Part shown: positions 53,659 through 63,039 of the stretch, piece after piece | Position numbering within the stretch: the stretch's first letter is position 1 | Layout: every line of letters begins with the position of its first letter | DNA from: Deltaproteobacteria bacterium | GTDB taxonomy: Bacteria; Myxococcota_A; Polyangia; Fen-1088 | Length of the DNA: 64,000 bases | Direction of reading: 5' to 3' | Assembly (NCBI GenBank): GCA_033763315.1 | Contig: JANRKS010000001.1 | Location: 247,587-311,586 of the forward strand | The notes under the pieces: model-generated | The model's database searches: none | Seen by the model: the letters and a program-made list of their open reading frames with translations, nothing else | What the model was told of the DNA's origin: nothing | Position numbers and translations under genes: made by a program

Positions 53659-55527
53659 TTACAACGGCTTGCTGGGGCGATCGGCGTGCAGGCTGGGAAC
53701 CGGCGCGGGCTTGATGGCCCCCACCCTCACGGCTGCCACAGTGGCGTCCTGGCGGGCCTCAACGTAGCTTCGTCGTGCCGATTCAAAGGCCGGCATCCAC
53801 ACGGGTACAGGGCACCCTTCGATCCCTGGCGTCTCGCAGCGGCTGCCCAGAGACACCAGTTTTTGGGCGAGGCTTTCCACCAACAGCGCATACCGCACGG
53901 CTTCGCCATATTTTTGCTGGCTTTGCAAAGTGGGCTTGGCGTTCAAAAGCGATGTCACCAAGCGCATGTGCGTGGCAAGGCCGTCCATCAGGCTGGCAGG
54001 CAACCCCCGCCCCGGATCGCCCGGCGATTTTGCGTCGAGCACGCACTGCTTGGGTCGACACGCCCCGTTGCTGCACACTTCGTCATTGGTCTCGCAACGA
54101 AGGGCCGGGTCACCGCAGCCACCGCGGCACAGCCCAAAGCGCAGGCCTTGCCGGTAATCGGTTTGCGTGGGATCGATCAGGTATTCGAGCGCGTTGTTGC
54201 CCAACAGCTGCAGCACGGCCGCCCAGCCGTCTTGCATTTGATCCACGCGCTGTTCGCCGCCCAACCCCGCGTGGTTGCTGGCGATGAAGGAATGCAAGGC
54301 GATCCATTGCTGCAAAAGCCGCGACAACGTTCGGCGTGAAACCTGTGCGCGTTCCTGTTCAGGTCCGTTGTCGAAGATCCCGGCTTGCGCCAAGTGCACA
54401 AGCGCCGAGACGTGCCCCATGCTCACACAATCTGCTTCGTAATTGAGGTAGCCGTCGCGAAAGCCCGTGAACCCCGCGGTGCTTTCGCCGAAGCGGCCCG
54501 CAAAACCCAGCGGTGGGCGGCGTTCAAGTTCGTTGAGGCACACCTTTGACAAGCGATCGGCGTCAAGCGGCGTCACGATGCCCACGTCTTCGAGATCGGC
54601 GCGGTTCACAAGCGGCACAGGGCCGCGCGCACGGGCCCGCAGCGCGGGATCGGCGGGATCCAAACAAAACAGATCTCCGGAGCGTGGCATCACCGGCCGC
54701 GCCATCGTGCTCATGGTTGGCACAGTCCACTCGCCACGGAAACCCAGGGCGTCGCTGGCGCACCAGACGTTGGCGGCACCCAATGACGACGGAACTTCGG
54801 GGCCATACGACCACTGGCTCAGCCCGTCGTGCACAGCGTGCAGTTCGAGATCGCCGCGAAACTCACCTGGCGCAAAAAGCTGTTCGGCACAAAAGCCCGT
54901 GATCGGATCGCATTGGCTGCCTGCACCGCAGCTGAGGTCGCACGCCGCAAGGTCGCGCGGGCGCAAATAAAAGCTTAGGCGAAGCGGCTCGAGATCCGCC
55001 CCCGACGACGGCACCCGCATATACGCTTGCCCCTTCACATCCCCGCTCGTCGCGTGTTGCAATACCTTCCACCCAGGTGACTGAAGAACATCGCGATCAA
55101 GCGAGATCACTTCGGCTTGCACGAACGCCCGCCCATCATCGCGCTGCAACCATTGCGAGGCGCCTGATTTGAGGGCCAACTGCCCCGTGGCGGAAAGCGT
55201 TTTGGTGGCGTCGAAGAAGTACAGATCCCAACCAAGGGCCGGATCCACACTGCGGCCGGCGCGCGCCGAAACGTTGACGCCCACCACATCGCCCGCGGGA
55301 GAAGAAATCCAGACGGTGCCCTCGAACGTGCCCTTAAGGTCGGTGGCGGGACGAAAGCCAAGCGCCGCTGCCGCTTCGTCGGCCTCAGGCGCTTCTATCG
55401 GTGCCGCAGGGCCTGCCGCCGCTTCGTCTTGCGGTGGTACGGGAGCCGTCGAGCCATTGTCACAGCCCGTCGCGATACAGCCCGATAGAATTGCTACGCA
55501 CACCCAGCCAGCGCCTGGTTGACCCAC
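53659..55527 (-). CDS. Hypothetical Cys-containing lipoprotein
   Basis: Long ORF with typical codon use; AGGGAG RBS before GTG 55527; lipobox-like LSGC/ATGC; EGF-like Cys clusters; no recognisable family. Confidence 0.7.
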   Translation of the reverse strand: MGQPGAGWVCVAILSGCIATGCDNGSTAPVPPQDEAAAGPAAPIEAPEADEAAAALGFRPATDLKGTFEGTVWISSPAGDVVGVNVSARAGRSVDPALGWDLYFFDATKTLSATGQLALKSGASQWLQRDDGRAFVQAEVISLDRDVLQSPGWKVLQHATSGDVKGQAYMRVPSSGADLEPLRLSFYLRPRDLAACDLSCGAGSQCDPITGFCAEQLFAPGEFRGDLELHAVHDGLSQWSYGPEVPSSLGAANVWCASDALGFRGEWTVPTMSTMARPVMPRSGDLFCLDPADPALRARARGPVPLVNRADLEDVGIVTPLDADRLSKVCLNELERRPPLGFAGRFGESTAGFTGFRDGYLNYEADCVSMGHVSALVHLAQAGIFDNGPEQERAQVSRRTLSRLLQQWIALHSFIASNHAGLGGEQRVDQMQDGWAAVLQLLGNNALEYLIDPTQTDYRQGLRFGLCRGGCGDPALRCETNDEVCSNGACRPKQCVLDAKSPGDPGRGLPASLMDGLATHMRLVTSLLNAKPTLQSQQKYGEAVRYALLVESLAQKLVSLGSRCETPGIEGCPVPVWMPAFESARRSYVEARQDATVAAVRVGAIKPAPVPSLHADRPSKPL

Positions 55528-55762
55528 GATCGTCTCCCTTTTTCCCTTACCCCCGAACAACCCGGCTAAGTGGATTCGTTAATCTGGCGCTGATGTAAAC
55601 GAGGACCGATGTAGGGTCAAGGAAGAAGATGTAGATTTTGATCCAGCGTCCGTCACACCTCGGCGATTCCGTCGACTGGCTTACAAATGACGCAGGACCC
55701 GCCTGTTGCGCCACGTGGCCGGCGCCGACGCAGCTTGGCAGCGCCTCCGGGTGAGGAGACGC

Positions 55763-56896
55763 CTAAAGGAAAATCAGATTGTCGTAGCGAAAGGTGCCCA
55801 CGGCCTCGTGCAAGACCGAGAACTGGCAATCCAGATGCGGCTCTTTGAGCGCTTTGACCACCTCCGCTGGCAAATCGAAAACGACCTGGTTCCAGCCCAT
55901 CACCAGCCCCCTGAGCCCCTTGTAGCCGCAGTACGCGTTGTACACCATCGCGCTGGGGCAGTTGAAAGACAGCTGGATGTTCTCCTGATACGACATCGTG
56001 GGCTCCATGTACACGGAGATGCCCAACTTGCTTGTGGCACCGGGCACTTCTGCCGTGCTGAACGCGCGGCTGCGGAGGGTGGCTTTGTCGGCCACCGTGA
56101 AACCCACGGAACCCGTGCCTTGCGCTTTGACCGTTGTGTCTTGGGTCAGCGTGGTTCCGATTGCAGACCAATCAGCCACGTTGTCGAACGAGAACACGGC
56201 GTTGATCACCACGGGCGCGGCGTCAGGCGCCACCACCGCGGCGTCGGGCGCGGCGCCACCCGTGCCAGTCATGCCAGCCACGCTGGCATCGCTCACACCG
56301 GCATCGAGCTTTGCGCTGCCGCCGTTGCCACCGCTGCCCGGGTTGCCGCCCGATCCAGGGCCGCCGCCTGAACCAAACCCGCCCCCCATGCCGGCCCCAC
56401 CGCCTCCGCCGCTGCCACCCACGTTCGCCACGGCGTTGGGATCGCACATGTCGAAGTCACCGTTGCATTTGCAATCTTGCACTTGATTGGCCGAGAACGC
56501 GGCCGCCACGGGCGCCAACGTGAGCGTGGCTTTGTTCTGTGCGTTTGCGGCCACTTTGAAGCAAGCAAAGCTGCGCGCATAAGCGACCGCGGCGCCCGAT
56601 GCACTTTCCGCCCACACAAATACACCCAAGCGGCCTTGTCCCGCGGGCACCTGAAAATCAATCGTTCCGGGCAGCGATAATGGTTTGCCTGCTTCGGGGA
56701 AGGTGAACGTGCTTGGCAGCGCGCCCGTGCCATCCACCACGCGCAGCTTCAGGGTTTGCGCGCCGGACGCCTCGCCTTCGAGCCGCAGCAGAATCGTGGT
56801 GTCGCCTTGGCAAGACACAAAGCACGACGCCACGACGGCCCACAAGCAGCCCAAGCCGCACAGCCACAGCACGCGTCGCACGATAGGTGAAGTCAT
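55763..56896 (-). CDS. Lipoprotein with Ig-like N-domain, Gly-rich linker and C-terminal CBM-like beta-sandwich
   Basis: Signal ending VSC; C-terminal FSFD..ADW...QG.GS...W..V.F...YDNL.F pattern of galactose-binding-like folds. Confidence 0.65.
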   Translation of the reverse strand: MTSPIVRRVLWLCGLGCLWAVVASCFVSCQGDTTILLRLEGEASGAQTLKLRVVDGTGALPSTFTFPEAGKPLSLPGTIDFQVPAGQGRLGVFVWAESASGAAVAYARSFACFKVAANAQNKATLTLAPVAAAFSANQVQDCKCNGDFDMCDPNAVANVGGSGGGGGAGMGGGFGSGGGPGSGGNPGSGGNGGSAKLDAGVSDASVAGMTGTGGAAPDAAVVAPDAAPVVINAVFSFDNVADWSAIGTTLTQDTTVKAQGTGSVGFTVADKATLRSRAFSTAEVPGATSKLGISVYMEPTMSYQENIQLSFNCPSAMVYNAYCGYKGLRGLVMGWNQVVFDLPAEVVKALKEPHLDCQFSVLHEAVGTFRYDNLIFL

Positions 56897-56950
56897 GTTC
56901 TTGCACGATGATAGAGCACGGCCAACGCTCAACGCCAGCCGCGGCTGCGA

Positions 56951-58207
56951 TCAATCTGGATTGAAGACGCCACACGGGAACGAGATGAACACACCTTTGC
57001 TGTCATCGCTTTGGATCTTGCTGCACGCGGCGCCCAGCAATTCCACTTCGGTGGCGGAGTTCAGCTTCCATCCATCGGGCTCATTGTATTTCACCGGCAT
57101 GCCATCAATGGCCACCAAGCCTTCGGGCGCGCGGTTCATTTCCACTTCGCCCTTCAAGCGGAATTTGCAATCGCGCACGGTGCCAATGACTTTTTGCAAG
57201 TCACGCGCAAGGCCCGCGGGATCATCGGGGCGGTAAGCGGTGGCGTTGGCGGGCGGTTGCGCCGGTGCCATCACGCGAATCTCTTGCGAGTTTGGATCTT
57301 TAGCGAGATCCGCGTATTTGCCTTTCAAGTTGGCCGGAGCAATGTTGCAAGAATAACGAAGCCAATCGTATTTCATCTGGCCCAAGATTGGCTGCAGACC
57401 TTGGCCCACGTTTGCGAGCGCCTGCAGGTGGTCTTGGCCCACTTCGTTGCCTATGGCCACCACGAACGTCTTGATGCCTTTGCTGTAGGCATCGGCGACG
57501 GCCGCCACCGATTCATCTTGGCCGCAGTTCGGATCGCGCACGGGGCCGCAGCCATCGGGTTCACCGTCCGTGGCCAGCAAAATATATTTGGGGCCTTGTT
57601 CTTTGATCGCCACAAGCTTATCGGTCACCGCGCGAATCGTTTCGGCCGTGGGCGTCTCACCTTTGCCGTTGGGTGTGGTGGCGGGGCCATAAACCGCGTT
57701 GATCGCGTCGAAGTTGCCAAGCGCGAAGTCCACTGAACCCAGCATCGGGCACGTGGGCTCGCTCAGAATGCTGGTGTACATCGCCAAGCCAAAGCGAATC
57801 TCGCCTTCGAGTGACTTGAGCACACCCAGTTTTGGATCAGGGTTCAGCAACACCTGCTTAAGCACGTCCCAGCGGTTGCCTGTGCCATACGTGGTGGTCA
57901 TGCTGCTTGAGCGATCGATCACCAAAGCCACAGTGGGGATGGTGCGCTCAAACTTCACGGATGTATCGTTGCAGCCTTGTCCGCCCTCGGTGGGCACGCC
58001 CATCAATGTGCCGCTAAAGCCGCCCAAGGTGAAGCCACCGGTGGCGCCGCTGCCATTGCTAGCACCCGCACCGTTGCCACCTTTGCCATTGCCGCCGGCA
58101 GCACCATCGACGTCGGCCTGCGCGCACGCCAGCCCCAACGCCAAACACGCCGCGGGCAACGCCCAGCGAACCATCGATCCACACATAAGTTTGTTTTTCA
58201 TGACCAC
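56951..58207 (-). CDS. vWA-domain lipoprotein, CglB-like
   Basis: Lipobox GLAC; MIDAS DRSSSM, RW, RFGL, TPT, LLATDGEP, HLQALANVG. Confidence 0.8.
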   Translation of the reverse strand: MVMKNKLMCGSMVRWALPAACLALGLACAQADVDGAAGGNGKGGNGAGASNGSGATGGFTLGGFSGTLMGVPTEGGQGCNDTSVKFERTIPTVALVIDRSSSMTTTYGTGNRWDVLKQVLLNPDPKLGVLKSLEGEIRFGLAMYTSILSEPTCPMLGSVDFALGNFDAINAVYGPATTPNGKGETPTAETIRAVTDKLVAIKEQGPKYILLATDGEPDGCGPVRDPNCGQDESVAAVADAYSKGIKTFVVAIGNEVGQDHLQALANVGQGLQPILGQMKYDWLRYSCNIAPANLKGKYADLAKDPNSQEIRVMAPAQPPANATAYRPDDPAGLARDLQKVIGTVRDCKFRLKGEVEMNRAPEGLVAIDGMPVKYNEPDGWKLNSATEVELLGAACSKIQSDDSKGVFISFPCGVFNPD

Positions 58208-58228
58208 GACCTCGGGTAAGACGTGCGT

Positions 58229-59728
58229 TTAAAAAGTGGCGCGCAGACCAGCGTTGACATCGAACGCCAACGCGAAATCCGGCGCTCCGGCCAACAAATT
58301 CGTTTCGAGCGTGAAGTCGAGTGTCTCGGTCAGGCCATAGGCGTAACCGCCGCCCGCGCCGGCGACCAGGGGCCCGCCACGCACGGTGTCTTGTTCACGC
58401 GTGGTGGTGCCGGTGGCCGCGTTCTTCACCACGGGCGACATCTTCAGGCGAAAGCCTTCACCACCACCCGCTTGCAAGATGCCGTAAAACCGCGAGGGCC
58501 CCGTGCCCGTGAAGAACAACGCCCGCACAAAAGCCGCAAACGCGCCGCCGGCACTCACCGTGTTGGGTCGCGGGATGTATTGCACGCGGCCTTGCACGCT
58601 GATGCCCACGTGATCACTCACCATGTATCCGACCTCTGGCAACGCGTGACCACCGCCAGCGAACAACATGCCCGGCGTCACGCTGCCGCCGTATTGCCCA
58701 TACACTTCAAGCTTGGGATCGGGGGAATAACCCGCGCCTGATCCTAAGCCTAAGCCGATGAACCAACGGCCGGCGTATACACCTTCTTCCTCGCCCTTTT
58801 TCCCCTTCTCAAGCGGGTTTTCTTCGTCGTCACCGTTCGCAGGATCTTCTTGCGGCCGCTTGCGTGCGGATTTGCGCACACTGGTGTCTTCACCTTTGAC
58901 CGTCAAAATGTTCGGGCTTTCGTACCGCCCGGCCAACGCGAGCGTTTCGCCGCCTTGGTCTTTGGCTTCAAAGTAAAACGGCACCCACTTGCCTGAGACG
59001 TCGCGCGCGGGAATGCTGGCGCTCCACATGGCTTTGTTGTTGCGCGCGGCCTTGGACCGCATCGGCAACGCGGTGAAATCTTCTTCACCCGGAGCTTTGT
59101 AATAGAGCACCACGCTGGCCGGGGTGAAGCCCGGCGTGGTCACGCAGCGAAGGGTGACGTCGTCGCCTGCGAAAACGTCGCCCGAACTCGGGCAACGCAA
59201 CGTGGCCGCTTCGCTGCTGCCCTTGGCGCGCGTGGTTGCGGCCTCGGGCTCTTTGTTGATGGCTGCGGCTTCCTTTGCCACCGCAGGCCCCGATCGTGCG
59301 GCCTGCAGCGCCGCCACCGCTTCGGGCGTGGTGAATTCCTTGGGCAGCTGGTAATCGGCTTTGACGGCCAAGGCTGATTGAAAATAGGCAGCGGCCTTCT
59401 CGGCATCCTTGAAGCCAGCCGCAAACAAGATCCCCAAGTTGCCGTAGGTTTTCGCGGCCACCATGTGCGATTCGAGCTGCGCCGAGCGAATCGTGGCCAC
59501 GGCTTCATCAAGGCTGCGCTTGGCAAGCTCAAACTCCAGCTCTTCGTAAAGCTCCATCGCTTCGCGGTTGAGCGTCAGCACCTTTGACGCCTGTTCGAGG
59601 CCCGCGGCATGGGCCACCGGCGCGCTTAGAAAGAGGGGCCAATGGAGACCGCGCGCGGGCGTCAGCGACGTCAGCGCAGGGGCGGCGAAAGCCATGCACA
59701 GCACAGACAAGCGGCGGGCGTTCTTCAT
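58229..59728 (-). CDS. Secreted TPR + Ig-like + outer-membrane beta-barrel protein
   Basis: Signal peptide, TPR (KTYGNLG...AAAYFQSAL), alternating beta-strands ending in C-terminal Phe (GLRATF). Confidence 0.7.
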   Translation of the reverse strand: MKNARRLSVLCMAFAAPALTSLTPARGLHWPLFLSAPVAHAAGLEQASKVLTLNREAMELYEELEFELAKRSLDEAVATIRSAQLESHMVAAKTYGNLGILFAAGFKDAEKAAAYFQSALAVKADYQLPKEFTTPEAVAALQAARSGPAVAKEAAAINKEPEAATTRAKGSSEAATLRCPSSGDVFAGDDVTLRCVTTPGFTPASVVLYYKAPGEEDFTALPMRSKAARNNKAMWSASIPARDVSGKWVPFYFEAKDQGGETLALAGRYESPNILTVKGEDTSVRKSARKRPQEDPANGDDEENPLEKGKKGEEEGVYAGRWFIGLGLGSGAGYSPDPKLEVYGQYGGSVTPGMLFAGGGHALPEVGYMVSDHVGISVQGRVQYIPRPNTVSAGGAFAAFVRALFFTGTGPSRFYGILQAGGGEGFRLKMSPVVKNAATGTTTREQDTVRGGPLVAGAGGGYAYGLTETLDFTLETNLLAGAPDFALAFDVNAGLRATF

Positions 59729-59919
59729 ACGGCAGCACTCCACGAGGTAGGGACCGCGAGCCTGCAACTGGCAGTACCCGCGAAGTGATTCACACCCAGA
59801 CCCGGCAAAGTGGGAAAACCGCCAGCGCGGCGCGCCGTGATATCTCGTGCCCAGCGTGCGGCCGCGCTCGGTCGGCGTTCCCGCTCCGTCGTGCCCCGCG
59901 GTTACGCACCCGCCCGTGT

Positions 59920-61476
59920 TTACGCGCGCAGGCCCGGCAACGGGTCGCTGGCCATCGTGAAATAGCGGGACGACGTATCTACATAGTGGTTGCGGTAGTC
60001 TTTGACGTACGACTCCTGCGATACGTAGGGGTATCCATAGCCTTTATGCCCCCAGCGCTCCCATTCCGACGCGGGCAAGCCCATCGCACCCAAGACGGTG
60101 GCCAGCCACTGGTTGTAGAGCAGGCCCTGGTACGTGGAACTGGACGCTGACTTCGGGTTCCCCGTGCGCCGGTAGTCGAACAACATACCGGTCTTGAACG
60201 CGCCGGCCGCGCTGCCGAACGTGATGACGGGGATGGACGTGGCGCTGTGGGTTGTGGATCCGCACTCTTGGGTCCACGCCATGAGCGTGTTATCAAGCAC
60301 CGTTTTGCCGCCGCCATCCGCGATGCCATCAAGCTTGCGCGCCAGATCCAGAAACAGCCCTTCGAACACCACACGGTACGCTTGCACGAGCTTGGCTTGG
60401 CTGTCGGGCTCTGCCGCCCGGTGCGCGATGTCTTGGTGCCAACTACCGCCGTAGGCCACGGCGCGGGCTTGCTCATTCCAGGCGCTGCCGTGAACGGCCA
60501 ATCGGCTGGCCCCGCACGCAAACGCGGCTGCGATGACGTCGTTATATAGACGCGCTTGCGCCACATAATCGGTGGGGTTGTTGCCGCCATGGCGGTCGGC
60601 ATCGTCGGTGGGCGTGGACATCGATCCACACGCGGCACTTGTGCCCACGGTGAGTTTGCGTTGCAGTTCGCTCAACGCGGCCATGTGGTTGTCCAAGCGC
60701 ACTTTATCTTCTGCCGACAACCGCTTGTTGGATTGACTCAGGCTTTTGTAATTCGCGAGCACACGATCCACAATCGGTGGCCGTGTTGCCATCATCTTTG
60801 GCGTTTCACCGGGAACAAACACACGCCCGAACAACGCCAATGTGCTGCGCGTGACGGTGGCGGGAATGATCCCACCTGAGCGGGCCATGGGGTTGGCGTA
60901 ATTCCACGAATAATCCCCAGGGCCACCCACCACGATCACGCGCTCTTTGACGCCCGCGAGGCTTGAATAAAACTGCGGCGACCAAGCGAGGATTTGATCA
61001 ATCGTGGGCCGCGGAAAACCCTGCACGAATTGCCCGCTGGGCGCATCGCCGTTGTTGCGCGCGTAGTTGCCCAGATGCAGCCCTGTGTTGTGCGCGATGG
61101 AAAACGGCACATCCAAGCCGCGCAACACATTCATCTTTCGCAGCAGCGTGGGCGTGAGATTGGCGCTGCTTGCTTGCAAGATGGGCGACACGCCAAACGA
61201 TCCACCATTCGTTGCTCCCTGCAGTGCCCCCACGCGCACAGGATGATCCGGGAACAAGCTGATCGTGTTGTCGGCCATGCTCGCGCTCGGAAACATGTTT
61301 GCTTCGGATGCTGCCCCGTGGCCGGTGCAAATCCAAAAGAGTCTGGGCAACCCAGTGCTGGCGGCCTGCGCTTCGCGCGGAAGCAGCGAAGGCAAAAACG
61401 GCAACGCCAACGCAAAACCATTCGCGCCCACGAGGAACTGCCGACGGCTGGAGGGCGGCAACGATGAACGGCTCAT
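59920..61476 (-). CDS. DUF1552 family Tat-exported protein, copy 4 (divergent subtype, no adjacent DUF1592)
   Basis: SRRQFLVG, PTIDQ, DKVRLDNH..LSELQ, WHQDIAH, GKTVLDNT, E.G..TH. Confidence 0.85.
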   Translation of the reverse strand: MSRSSLPPSSRRQFLVGANGFALALPFLPSLLPREAQAASTGLPRLFWICTGHGAASEANMFPSASMADNTISLFPDHPVRVGALQGATNGGSFGVSPILQASSANLTPTLLRKMNVLRGLDVPFSIAHNTGLHLGNYARNNGDAPSGQFVQGFPRPTIDQILAWSPQFYSSLAGVKERVIVVGGPGDYSWNYANPMARSGGIIPATVTRSTLALFGRVFVPGETPKMMATRPPIVDRVLANYKSLSQSNKRLSAEDKVRLDNHMAALSELQRKLTVGTSAACGSMSTPTDDADRHGGNNPTDYVAQARLYNDVIAAAFACGASRLAVHGSAWNEQARAVAYGGSWHQDIAHRAAEPDSQAKLVQAYRVVFEGLFLDLARKLDGIADGGGKTVLDNTLMAWTQECGSTTHSATSIPVITFGSAAGAFKTGMLFDYRRTGNPKSASSSTYQGLLYNQWLATVLGAMGLPASEWERWGHKGYGYPYVSQESYVKDYRNHYVDTSSRYFTMASDPLPGLRA

Positions 61477-61716
61477 GCGCGGCTCCGGGGCTTTGCGCTG
61501 GTGGCACTTCGCGCGGCGCAGGCAAGGGCTGCGAAGCAAGCATCGGGGTGAGACGCGCCTCGTTCGTACAACGTCATGAACAGCTCTCCGTTGTTTTTTT
61601 TGCGCTGGCGGCAGCGGCCCATCCACACCGCCAGCGACAACGGTTAGCCTGTGCGATTGCCAGCAAGCGGAGTACGGAAGATCCTCCGGAGAAGCGGCCG
61701 GAAAATACCGTGCGCC

Positions 61717-63039
61717 TTACGCGCCAACCCCGCGCCGCCCTTGGAACGTGAAGTGCCCCGGCACGGGCTTCACAACCATGTGAGGCAAAAATTGCTCAAG
61801 CTTATCGAGCACACGCAATTGACGGCCGGCGTGTTGATCGGCGCGCAGATGCACACCGAGGCCGAAGCGAATAAACAGCTCGTCGATCAACAATGTGCGA
61901 AGGCTTTGACGAACGTGGGGCGATCGCAGCGCCAACAAACTTTGCGCGGGATCGGCGGGGTGACCCAGGCGGTAGCGAATGCCAGGCGAAAGTTTCAACG
62001 GGGCGCGCTGCAGGGCTTGTGACCAAACCTGCTGCGAGACCGCCAACTGCCATGCGGGTTCGTCTGTATCAACGAAGGGCGGCTCGTCAGGGTCTGCTAC
62101 GGGCGGTGTGCGCTGGCGTTGTTCTTGGGGCGCCAAGCCGGTAAGCAAGTGCAACGCTTGAGCGCTGGCGGTGGCTTGCTCTGGGTTGGCCAGCGCAGCG
62201 AGCAGCACGTCAACGCCGCCGCCATCACCCAGCAAACCCGCCGCGGTCACAGCGAACACGTCGCCTGTTTCGATGTGTTTGCTCAACACGGGCAGCGCAC
62301 GGGGGCCGCCCAAGAACGCCAACACGATCGGCGCCCACAATTGATTCAACGCTTGAGCCACAAGCCATGCCGCCATTTGATCTTCTTCGGTGCGGCACAG
62401 CGCCAAGGCGGCCGCGCGACAGATCTCGGCATCGGCCTCTTCGAGAAACGGCAACAAGGTGTCTCGCGCTTGCGCTTCGCCAATTTGCCCAAGCGCCCAC
62501 AGCCACGTGGCAGGCTCGGCAACGCCGGCCTTTAGCCCAGCTTGCAGAGCGGCTGCCGCGTCCCATCGTTGATAACCGGCGGCATAGGCCAAACACGTGG
62601 TCAGCGGCGAATCGCCGCCGGTTGAAAGCAGACGCTGTGCTTCTTGCAGATCACCTACCCACGCTTCGTGCGCAGATGCGGCTTTAAGCGCAGCCAAGCG
62701 CGGGGGCTCGCCATTGGCCAAACGATCGGGATCATCGGGCGTGGCGAGAACCGTTTCCGTGAGATCGCTCCACGCAGCCACTTGACCTTGCCGCAAAAGC
62801 GCACGGGCGCCTGTGTAGCCGCCGCCGGCGGATTCGGCTGCAGTGGCGGCGACGCCGGTTAATGCATCGTCGCCACCGGCGCACAGCAAGTCGAGATGCG
62901 CTTCGATGCGCACGTCCACATCCAGCACGTGATGAAGGCCAACCGTAGGCGGATCGAGATCCTGGCAGCGCTGCGTGTAAAGCGCTGCCGCCTCGTCGAG
63001 GCTTTCGCCAAGAAGCTCTTCATGAAACCGAACAGGCAT
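61717..63039 (-). CDS. TIGR02270-like HEAT-repeat protein
   Basis: LDEAAALYTQR...RIEAHLDLL N-terminal signature, HEAT-like repeats, A.GLLG, LTGL, RYRLG.P. Confidence 0.75.
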   Translation of the reverse strand: MPVRFHEELLGESLDEAAALYTQRCQDLDPPTVGLHHVLDVDVRIEAHLDLLCAGGDDALTGVAATAAESAGGGYTGARALLRQGQVAAWSDLTETVLATPDDPDRLANGEPPRLAALKAASAHEAWVGDLQEAQRLLSTGGDSPLTTCLAYAAGYQRWDAAAALQAGLKAGVAEPATWLWALGQIGEAQARDTLLPFLEEADAEICRAAALALCRTEEDQMAAWLVAQALNQLWAPIVLAFLGGPRALPVLSKHIETGDVFAVTAAGLLGDGGGVDVLLAALANPEQATASAQALHLLTGLAPQEQRQRTPPVADPDEPPFVDTDEPAWQLAVSQQVWSQALQRAPLKLSPGIRYRLGHPADPAQSLLALRSPHVRQSLRTLLIDELFIRFGLGVHLRADQHAGRQLRVLDKLEQFLPHMVVKPVPGHFTFQGRRGVGA

